Origin: a virus
Taxonomy: Duplodnaviria > Caudoviricetes
Strand: one strand, 5' to 3'
DNA length: 61,963 nt
IMG/VR virus record: IMGVR_UViG_3300018080_000189
Coordinates: 1-61,963 of that record
The notes under the pieces are model-generated. The model was not told the DNA's origin, searched no databases, and was given only the letters and a program-made list of their open reading frames with translations. A program made the translations under genes and the position numbers. Below, in pieces: positions 34,491 to 42,576 of the stretch (positions within the stretch are counted from its first letter, which is position 1; every line of letters begins with the position of its first letter).

Positions 34491-37424
34491 TTATGGTATA
34501 ATAGTGGTTGTAGTTGTTACGATTGTCGAGGTGGTGGTCGTAGTAGAAGTGGTTGTAGAAGAGGTTGTCCATATTGTAGTACCTGTTGGGCATCCATGGC
34601 GGAATGTAAGATTGTCGAAGTCTACGTGGCCCCCATTAACATAACTGTACACAAAGCACGTCACACTATCGATTAAGGCGGCGTAGGATGTGAAGTCGTG
34701 TGACGATGTAGCAGCTACCCAAGATGCTCCATTGTAGTAGTAAGTTTGTAGTATAGTTCCTACTCGTGTTATCCTTAATTTTTGTGGTAATGACGCTGAT
34801 GTGGTCAAATACTCATCATCAGATACGCCATTTATCACTAGGTACTCTCTAATTAAATACCCGGCATCTGTCCTATGAGCTGTTATGTAAATACAATTAT
34901 CAGCAGAGTTTTTTCGTACATCATCACCAACGTACAGCACTGGGTATATACCATTATCAGCCTGTTCATAATCTTCATTACTGAGATCAACACGTATATC
35001 AAAATCCCCAGCGTTGATAGCATATAGGTAATCAGCTGTCGCCTCTGCACTATGGCTATAATCTATTGAGCCTCGCATTTTACCAGACACGCTGGTGATG
35101 TCGGAATAAGAGTCGTGATTGATCTGCCAATCATCTAAGTTAGTGAACTCTTCATTATACGAACATACCGTGGTAGTAGTTGTGCTGAGTGTCGCAGTGG
35201 TGGAGGTAGTCGATATAGTAGTTGAGGACGTTGAAGCGGTACTAGAGGTAGACGATGTAGAGATCGTAGATGAGGTTGTAGTAGTAGTTGGGCCTGGGCA
35301 CCCATCGACGAATTTAAGATCGTCCATCAGCACTTGCCCGCCTGGGTTTGATACAAACAACACTCTAACGTGAGCGAGATTAGCTGCGAACGCTGAAAAA
35401 TTCCAAGCATCGAGTTGAGTCCAGCTGCCGGCGTAGTAATAATACGCTCGGACGTTATTGCCCTCGCGGGTTACCCTAAGTCGAGACGGCACGCCTGCTA
35501 TTGTGTCCGATGTTTCGCCCTGATCTACTGAGTTTATAGTAGCATTAGCCACGACAGTGTGAGAGGTGTCGATGTAGTACCCAACGTAGGCTTGCTCTGT
35601 TGGTGTCGATACACTACTGCGTATATCGAGATAGATCTTTGAGCCGTTAGATGAAGATTCTGAGTAGTAGCTATCGAGATCGATTCTGATATCAAAATCT
35701 CCTGAAGATGCGCGATAGTCGTATATGCACTGGGTATTGCCGCTGTTGCCGTCGCCTACTAGCATCTTTAGTTGGCCAGCTTGTATTGTGGAGCTGCCGT
35801 CGCCGTTATTGGTAACTGTCCAGTTATCCAGAGATGCGAAGGATTCATCATAAACACAGAGAGAAGTTGTAGTGGTGGTTAGCGAGATAGTAGAGGTTGT
35901 GGTGGATAGTGTAGAAGCCGTTGAAGAGGTTGATGATGTTGTTGATAATGTAGATGATGAGGTAGAAGTAGATGACGAGGTAGTAGATGATGTAGAAGAA
36001 GACGAGCTAGTAGTAGTAGTGGTAGAGGAAGAGCTGGATGTTGATGATGTCGAAATTGTTGATAGTGTAGATGATGTCGAGGCTGTTGACGAGGTAGTAG
36101 AGGCTGTAGATGACGTTGATGAGGTTGATGCGGTGGATGATGTCGTGGATAGTGTACTAGTAGTAGACGCTGTAGAGGATGTTGAACTGGACGAGCTGGA
36201 TGTGGTAGTGGTTGACGATGACGACGTGGTAGTGGATAACGAGCTGGTTGACGACATTGATGATGTGGTGGAATAGGTTGAGGATTGTGTAGAGACGGTG
36301 GATGAGGTAGATGAAGTTGACGATGAGGAGCTAGAAGTAGATGAGGTGGATGAGGTTGACGTAGTAGTGGAGGAGAATGACGAAGATGAGGATGTTGTTG
36401 AGGCTGTAGAGGATGTTGTTGAGCTAGACGATGAGGTTGTGGTAGTCCAGGCTTTCGGATATGCGTCAGGACACCCCAAACGAAACATGAGGTTGTCTAC
36501 GTCGAGGGAGCCGCCTCGTGTAGAGGTGTCGTAGGCTAATAGCTCTATACGATCAAGCTCACTTGCGTTGGATGAGAAGTCGTGAGTATACGCCGTCTCC
36601 CAAGAAGTAATAAAATAATCAATAGAGAGTTCATTACCTGTCCGGACTATGCGAACTGAGCTGGGCTCCCCCATTCCGGTGTCGATATCGGTATAGGTCG
36701 AGAGGTTGTCTTTGTGGGATTTGGTTATTGAAAACACTCCAGCAGCAGTAGAGCGGATTTTGATTGTCGAGTAGTATAGAGAGTCAGATGAGCGGATACG
36801 GAATTCAAAAGTGAAGCCGTTGGTAGCGTCGTCAGGGGTGTAGTCGGATGTGCAGAGGTCTATACTGAAATCACCATCTGGGATAAGGTATTGGTAGAGC
36901 ATAGTGATCTGGGTATTGAGAGAGTCGGGTAAATCGATTTTACATTCCCAATCCCGGGCGCTTTTGAGATAGCTGGTAGCGGTTTCGGTTCCGTCGAGCT
37001 TAGTGACATACCACCAGGCCAGATCGTGAAACGTATCATCTAGCGAACAGTAATAGTCGGCGATTTCAATAGGGGCGAGTTTTTCACTCACGTATGCGAC
37101 TAGCGTGATTAGGCCGTGATCGTTTTGGAGTGAATTCAGGTTAACTAGGAATATACCTTCGGGGATGGCCATAACCACTTCGGAATAATTCTTAAATATG
37201 TATTCGAGAGTGGTAGCTTGCCCTTCGTCCAATTCAGCCACTATGGTTAGAGTACGGTCGCCGTCGGAATACCCGCTGTCGCTTATCGAAACACCTCCAT
37301 CGAGAGTGGCAGTGCGAGTAGCGCGTCGTGAGAGTGTCTTTATATCTGTGTCAGCTAGATTGGCCTTAAAGAACACATTACCACGGAGGTCGAAGGTCTG
37401 AGTTGATATTCCAACATACATCAT
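34491..37424 (-). CDS. Distal-tail-like protein fused to three lectin-like domains and Ser/Thr linkers
   Basis: First gene after the tape measure; N-terminal RRATRTATLDGGV..SD.GYS.GDRTLT; three GDF.I repeats. Confidence 0.75.
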   Translation of the reverse strand: MMYVGISTQTFDLRGNVFFKANLADTDIKTLSRRATRTATLDGGVSISDSGYSDGDRTLTIVAELDEGQATTLEYIFKNYSEVVMAIPEGIFLVNLNSLQNDHGLITLVAYVSEKLAPIEIADYYCSLDDTFHDLAWWYVTKLDGTETATSYLKSARDWECKIDLPDSLNTQITMLYQYLIPDGDFSIDLCTSDYTPDDATNGFTFEFRIRSSDSLYYSTIKIRSTAAGVFSITKSHKDNLSTYTDIDTGMGEPSSVRIVRTGNELSIDYFITSWETAYTHDFSSNASELDRIELLAYDTSTRGGSLDVDNLMFRLGCPDAYPKAWTTTTSSSSSTTSSTASTTSSSSSFSSTTTSTSSTSSTSSSSSSTSSTSSTVSTQSSTYSTTSSMSSTSSLSTTTSSSSTTTTSSSSSSTSSTASTTSTLSTTSSTASTSSTSSTASTTSSTASTSSTLSTISTSSTSSSSSTTTTTSSSSSTSSTTSSSTSTSSSTLSTTSSTSSTASTLSTTTSTISLTTTTTSLCVYDESFASLDNWTVTNNGDGSSTIQAGQLKMLVGDGNSGNTQCIYDYRASSGDFDIRIDLDSYYSESSSNGSKIYLDIRSSVSTPTEQAYVGYYIDTSHTVVANATINSVDQGETSDTIAGVPSRLRVTREGNNVRAYYYYAGSWTQLDAWNFSAFAANLAHVRVLFVSNPGGQVLMDDLKFVDGCPGPTTTTTSSTISTSSTSSTASTSSTTISTTSTTATLSTTTTTVCSYNEEFTNLDDWQINHDSYSDITSVSGKMRGSIDYSHSAEATADYLYAINAGDFDIRVDLSNEDYEQADNGIYPVLYVGDDVRKNSADNCIYITAHRTDAGYLIREYLVINGVSDDEYLTTSASLPQKLRITRVGTILQTYYYNGASWVAATSSHDFTSYAALIDSVTCFVYSYVNGGHVDFDNLTFRHGCPTGTTIWTTSSTTTSTTTTTSTIVTTTTTIIP

Positions 37425-37431
37425 GTGTTGT

Positions 37432-40182
37432 CTATGCTCCTATTCCTAATAAAAAGTTTCCATAATCTTCATTGACGCGGACCTGAATGGCGGAGAGGAT
37501 CTCCCACATGAAGGCTTCCAGATGGGGTTGTAGTCCGTCGCCTGAGACGGTGATGAGTGGATCACCAGAAGCCATTGCCGAGGCGCGTTGTTTTATGAGA
37601 TCAATTTGAGCGAGAGTGAGTTCTTTCTGTAGAGCGAATGCTTCCTCACGACGGGACTCCTCGTCACGAATGCGTTTTTGGATTGATTGCTGGGCGAAGA
37701 TGTCAAGTGACTTACTTCCAAGTTGATCATAAAGTTTTGACAGTGTATCGCCAGTCGCGTTTATGGATTCACCTATAGATCCAAACGAGGCAGTGATGGT
37801 CTCGTTCTCGGATTCCATGATAGTCGCGAACCCTTTCATCTTCGCTCCCATAATGTCGGCGTTGGCGTCAATCTCGGCTAATAATTTCTTTTGAGCGGCT
37901 TCAAATTTCTTGTCGTCAGGAACGTCTAGTTCAACAGAGGTTGAGTCTTCAATAGCAGTGGTTGTATTAGCGAGGTCTTTTTTGAGAGCAGCGAGATTAT
38001 TTTCCAAATAGGCGAGGTCGGAGTCGGTGAAGACGCCGATTTCTTTTCCAGCGTATGCGCCGGTACCCGATACGCGGTCAATAAAGTCTTTCGCGGCACT
38101 GTCCATTTCAATAGATGCGTTAAACTTGGCGTTCTCGGTGAATTGCTTGTTGGCAGCTAAGAGTTTGTCAGCGGCAGCCTGGATGTCATCGTCGATACCG
38201 TCGTCATCTATGGTTACTTTAGTGGAAATTTCCTTAGGGAGTTTGTCGATAGCGGAAATGACAGCATTGACGAGATCAGACGTAAACATTTCACTAATAT
38301 CGTCTATATTGGTTTCAGCAGATCTGGAGAGGTCTTTAAATACCGACTCGATATCGTCAATATTCTTTTCGGTAGTTTTCGATGCGTTTCCAATCTTATT
38401 GGCCATCTTGCTTGCGTCTTCGCCAACTTTCTCGATACTGCCGGACGCGCCTGTGAGTTTGTCAAGCCAGCGGGAGCCAAGGTTGAATATTGAATAATTG
38501 TCGGTCTTTTCGAGCTCCTCATTGGCCTTGCCGAGATTGTCAATCCATCTTGACCCCGCATCGATAGTAGACAAGATATTGGCGATGGTTTTTATCCTGG
38601 TGTCTACCAAGTCGAGTACGCCCAACATCTTCACACCGAATTTGTCAATCGCTTTAGCCCAACCGCCAAATTCTCCAGCAGCTTGTTGTTGAGTCGAGCT
38701 GAGTTCTGTAAACCCGCGTATTACGTTGAGTACCTTGAGAGCGACTTTATCAAAAGCGTTTACGAGTCCGGTGGTGGCTTCTACCAACGCTGCCGAGGTG
38801 TCGGTGGTTTCTTGTAGGAAGTCTTGGAGTCCTTCAGGAGTGTCAAGTTTAAATCTATCCACTATCTCGGAGAGTTTGTCGAATAGCCCTTCAAATGCTT
38901 TTATCAACGCGCTGTAGTCTACTTCTTGGAGAGCTTTAGGGAGCTGCATTCCCACACTCTTGAGGTAGTCGGCTAGGTCATCACTGAAGTTCTCCAGAAG
39001 ATTGAAAAGAGTATCGAACGCACCATCACGGAGTTCATCTCGGAACGATGAGAACAATTCGGTAGTAGCGCCGAGAACTTTCACGACAGCGGGTTTTAGG
39101 TTTCCACCAAGTTCGGCGGCTGCCAAAGTGATTGCGGATTTTGTCGCGCCCAACTGTACTTCTAGTGAATTCCACCTCTTCTCAACTTGGTCGATTGTGT
39201 ATTGGTGGTTCACCATCCTTGCGACGGTTTCGATACCGGCAGTGTAGTTGAGATCACGGAGAGTAGCAATCATCTTAGCTGCTTGGCGGTTACCAAAGAT
39301 TTGTGACGCTGCAAAGAGTTGGTTGGAAGAGGTCGCGCCTTGCATTGCCACGATGAGATCTTTGAGTATGTCGCCGCCCTTACGAAGTTCCTTGTTTGGC
39401 CCCTCCCTCTGAGCGACGCCGAGCCTATCCAAGGCCGCAATGACAGGTTTTGCATCGTCAGTGAGTTTGATCAGCCCGCGCCGCCAAGCAGTACCGGCTT
39501 CCTCACCAGAGCGGAATACTTCTATAGCTGGGGTTATATAAGCAGTAGTTTCTTCTATCGAGAGACCTGCTAGCTTGGCAGCTGGGGCAACACGGCGGAG
39601 AGCGTCACTGAGTTCGTTGGCGTTTGTGGCGTAGGTATCAGAGACTTTGTTGATAACGTCAACAACATGGGTAGCATCTTTTACTCCGAACTCAAACCCT
39701 TTCATGATAGCAATAATGTTGTTGGTCGAGTCTGCCAGACCTACCATACCAGCACTGGAGAGTTCAAGTGAGCGGTTAAGGAGGATTATGGATTCTTCAA
39801 GAGTGAATCCAGCGCGTTTGAAATCGGTGGTGGCTTTTGTTACGTCAGCAGCGCCCATGCCGTATTGGATGGCGAGTTTTTCCATCGCCACCTGGTTTTT
39901 GCCAGTTATTACCTCCCCATCGCTCAGGACTTTTTCAAGATCGATAAGGGCGTATTCGTAGGATTTGAATGAGGCTAAGGCGATAGTACCGATTGCGGCC
40001 CCGACAGCGAGAATGGCAGCTTCCATCTTGAGTAGTTTATCGACAGTATTGGCGACAGGAGCGGCGAGGCTCTCCACCTTATCAATCACCTTATCAAGTG
40101 ATTTTACTATACTCATAGCAGGTTTCGATACGAGATTCACGCCGTTGAATATAATATCAACTGTTCTTTTTACATTTGCCAT
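37432..40182 (-). CDS. Tape measure protein (TP901-like core)
   Basis: 916-aa helical protein; ATNANELSDAL..VAPAAK.AG.S.EET. Confidence 0.9.
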   Translation of the reverse strand: MANVKRTVDIIFNGVNLVSKPAMSIVKSLDKVIDKVESLAAPVANTVDKLLKMEAAILAVGAAIGTIALASFKSYEYALIDLEKVLSDGEVITGKNQVAMEKLAIQYGMGAADVTKATTDFKRAGFTLEESIILLNRSLELSSAGMVGLADSTNNIIAIMKGFEFGVKDATHVVDVINKVSDTYATNANELSDALRRVAPAAKLAGLSIEETTAYITPAIEVFRSGEEAGTAWRRGLIKLTDDAKPVIAALDRLGVAQREGPNKELRKGGDILKDLIVAMQGATSSNQLFAASQIFGNRQAAKMIATLRDLNYTAGIETVARMVNHQYTIDQVEKRWNSLEVQLGATKSAITLAAAELGGNLKPAVVKVLGATTELFSSFRDELRDGAFDTLFNLLENFSDDLADYLKSVGMQLPKALQEVDYSALIKAFEGLFDKLSEIVDRFKLDTPEGLQDFLQETTDTSAALVEATTGLVNAFDKVALKVLNVIRGFTELSSTQQQAAGEFGGWAKAIDKFGVKMLGVLDLVDTRIKTIANILSTIDAGSRWIDNLGKANEELEKTDNYSIFNLGSRWLDKLTGASGSIEKVGEDASKMANKIGNASKTTEKNIDDIESVFKDLSRSAETNIDDISEMFTSDLVNAVISAIDKLPKEISTKVTIDDDGIDDDIQAAADKLLAANKQFTENAKFNASIEMDSAAKDFIDRVSGTGAYAGKEIGVFTDSDLAYLENNLAALKKDLANTTTAIEDSTSVELDVPDDKKFEAAQKKLLAEIDANADIMGAKMKGFATIMESENETITASFGSIGESINATGDTLSKLYDQLGSKSLDIFAQQSIQKRIRDEESRREEAFALQKELTLAQIDLIKQRASAMASGDPLITVSGDGLQPHLEAFMWEILSAIQVRVNEDYGNFLLGIGA

Positions 40183-40191
40183 TGTTTTTAA

Positions 40192-40362
40192 TTACCTTTT
40201 TATTTCTGCGTAATATAATCCCCAAAGCTCTATCTCGGTGTCGGTGAGATAGCCCTCAGGGAATAAATCAGGACGAGCCTGAAATAGGAGAAGCCCCCTA
40301 GCGTAGCACAAAGCTAAGGCTGCTTTGACACTTTGGTCTCGCCAGAGGGCTTGGGTTTTCCC
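40192..40362 (-). CDS. -1 frameshift extension of the tail assembly chaperone (gpGT-like)
   Basis: Slippery G-GGA-AAA at 40362-40356; -1 frame open to TAA at 40192 (TQALWRDQ...RPDLFPEGYLTDTEIELWGLYYAEIKR). Confidence 0.75.
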   Translation of the reverse strand, partial: GKTQALWRDQSVKAALALCYARGLLLFQARPDLFPEGYLTDTEIELWGLYYAEIKR

Positions 40363-40787
40363 GGCACCTGACCCTTTCCTGTCAATTTGGTAATGGTATT
40401 GGTGATTTCATAAAATTCGATTGGGTAGGTGTCACAGAGTTTTACCGCGACCTCTAGGGTGACCTTTGGGGAGATTGAGGCGATAGTGAGCATTTCGAGC
40501 CGTTTGGCTATATCGGAAGGTACGTCGTCTGTGATACCCATAGCTTTTCTTATCGCTTCCACCTTTTCGCCTGTATGGCCGGATAAGAGACCATCTATAA
40601 GAGCTGAGATGTTCTGTTGTTTTGCTGCGGCCTCCTGGGTGTGGGCTAGTTCTGGGCCGGTGAGGCCCCGGACCGTAAAGATGGGTTTCTCATCTGGTGA
40701 GAAATAATCTTTGAGATCCGGGACCGGGACTTCTTGAGTTCTGGGCTGGAAGTTCGTTTTCATGAACTTCTTTTCGTCAAATGCCAT
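40314..40787 (-). CDS. Tail assembly chaperone (gpG-like)
   Basis: Between tail tube and tape measure; slippery site near its 3' end. Confidence 0.75.
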   Translation of the reverse strand: MAFDEKKFMKTNFQPRTQEVPVPDLKDYFSPDEKPIFTVRGLTGPELAHTQEAAAKQQNISALIDGLLSGHTGEKVEAIRKAMGITDDVPSDIAKRLEMLTIASISPKVTLEVAVKLCDTYPIEFYEITNTITKLTGKGQVPGKPKPSGETKVSKQP

Positions 40788-40824
40788 TGTGGTTCGCTCC
40801 TGTACTAGTGGTTAAGGGTTTGTA

Positions 40825-41841
40825 TTATGATTCTTGGTCTATTGCGACTTCATCAGCAGAGATGGTACAAGCCGCTACCATTGAGTCGTCTGCCGGGAAT
40901 GTACGCGTGATTCCGAGTTTGCCCTGACAGAGAATATAGCCTGTTTTGTATTTATCAGGGAAGAATTTGAACACTAGGATCTCCTCTTTGTTTTTGACCA
41001 CAGCGTCGTTGTAGCCGGTTCGGAGATAGGCGTTGAATGATCCCTGACCAATAGAGGATGAACGCGAGCCAATGGTCTGTTGGTATACCTGGTTGGAAGA
41101 GACGGAATGAGAGTTCTCAGGCGGTACGAAATCTGACACTGGGCGTAGTTCAGCGAATATCGGATCTGCGTAAGACGCATAGACGCCTTTGGGTAGTGCC
41201 CCGACATGATCATCCGGAAGTGCAGAGAGGAAGGTTATTGAGCCGCCAGTACGAGTGCCGTCAGCATTTGGTAAGAAATTCTCTTCCCAGAGAGGGTAAT
41301 CATAGCGTTCCTGGGTAGAGCCTGGAATCGTGTAGATTTCGGTTGAGAGCACGGCTGCATCGGTTTCTGAATTATATTTAACTTGAGCGACCTCTATCGC
41401 ACCTACCGTGATTAGTGGGGGCCCACCAGCAGCACCACGAGTAGATGACCAAGCGGATGCGTGGCCGGTGCCGGTTAATACGTCGTACGCCCCAGCTGCG
41501 GTTACGATAATGGAGTTGATTATGTATTTGGTAGCTGCGCCTGCGCCACGGGCACAAGTGATTTCAGCGGCAGGTATGGAAGTTTCCACCCCAGCGAGAT
41601 AGCAAGTCGAGGCAGGGCAATCTACTTTATTGTTCACACCAGCATCATCTGGAATAAACAACGGGTTTGATATTAACCCATCAGGTCTAACTACTGGGGA
41701 ATACCCGGATTTGTCAGACCAATAAGTCGCGTTTGACGTAAAATTGGTGTTATCGCCAGAGTCAGTCAACGCTTCCATAGCGTAAGCCGTCTCTCCAGCT
41801 TCGTACATCAATTTTCCATTCTCAGCTGTGTTAGATTTCAT
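40825..41841 (-). CDS. Probable major tail (tube) protein
   Basis: Synteny: after the terminator, before the chaperone; beta-rich. Confidence 0.6.
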   Translation of the reverse strand: MKSNTAENGKLMYEAGETAYAMEALTDSGDNTNFTSNATYWSDKSGYSPVVRPDGLISNPLFIPDDAGVNNKVDCPASTCYLAGVETSIPAAEITCARGAGAATKYIINSIIVTAAGAYDVLTGTGHASAWSSTRGAAGGPPLITVGAIEVAQVKYNSETDAAVLSTEIYTIPGSTQERYDYPLWEENFLPNADGTRTGGSITFLSALPDDHVGALPKGVYASYADPIFAELRPVSDFVPPENSHSVSSNQVYQQTIGSRSSSIGQGSFNAYLRTGYNDAVVKNKEEILVFKFFPDKYKTGYILCQGKLGITRTFPADDSMVAACTISADEVAIDQES

Positions 41842-41856
41842 TGATTGTACTCCTTG

Positions 41857-42570
41857 TTAGGATTGTTTATAGGGATTGCCAGCGAGTGTAGCATAGAAAA
41901 TAGAAAACGATACCGAGATCTTCACAATATCGTCTCCGGGATCAGGAAGTGGGTCTAAGCCTCCTCGTTGGTATTCTACGTTATTCAGGAGATCGGAGAA
42001 TAGATCATAGCGGGTACCGACTCCGGTAGTGGCCGCGATGGTCTCGCCTCCTGAGTTGAGAAAGTTTTCGGCGGTGAATGACCCCCAAGGGAGTCGTAAT
42101 AAAAATGTGCCAGCGGCAGTACCTAATGACCATGACCCTGATGAGAGGGTGGTGGACTCCAATACAGCGGTAGCGGATGAAGATGATCCAGTGAGTGTTG
42201 AGCCGATTTGTGGTTGTCGCACACCGGAAGTGAACGGCATAGTGATACGGGTAGCCAGCATACATGCTTGAATGTCGCCAAGTATATGCTCAGAAGTCCG
42301 GGCCGCTCGTTCAGATGCGTCGCCTTCAGAATTAACGAATTTACTAAACGCATCAATAGTGAGAGGCATTTCATGCACACCGTGGCCGAGATGCTCTGCA
42401 TTGGTGTCTTGTTCGGCTATCATTACGATGCCTGGGAGTTCTGGTTCCACAAGATCATAACGCCCACGGTAGACGTGTGTACCGATATTGGTTACGTAGC
42501 CATTGGTAGTAGTGATCTTGGCGAGTTCGGTTTTGATTGATTGTAGGATTTGTTCTCTTATAGTAAGCAT
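41857..42570 (-). CDS. Tail terminator-like protein with an inserted beta domain
   Basis: REQIL..IK..L..I...NGY......VYRGR; synteny. Confidence 0.65.
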   Translation of the reverse strand: MLTIREQILQSIKTELAKITTTNGYVTNIGTHVYRGRYDLVEPELPGIVMIAEQDTNAEHLGHGVHEMPLTIDAFSKFVNSEGDASERAARTSEHILGDIQACMLATRITMPFTSGVRQPQIGSTLTGSSSSATAVLESTTLSSGSWSLGTAAGTFLLRLPWGSFTAENFLNSGGETIAATTGVGTRYDLFSDLLNNVEYQRGGLDPLPDPGDDIVKISVSFSIFYATLAGNPYKQS

Positions 42571-42576
42571 ATAGGT

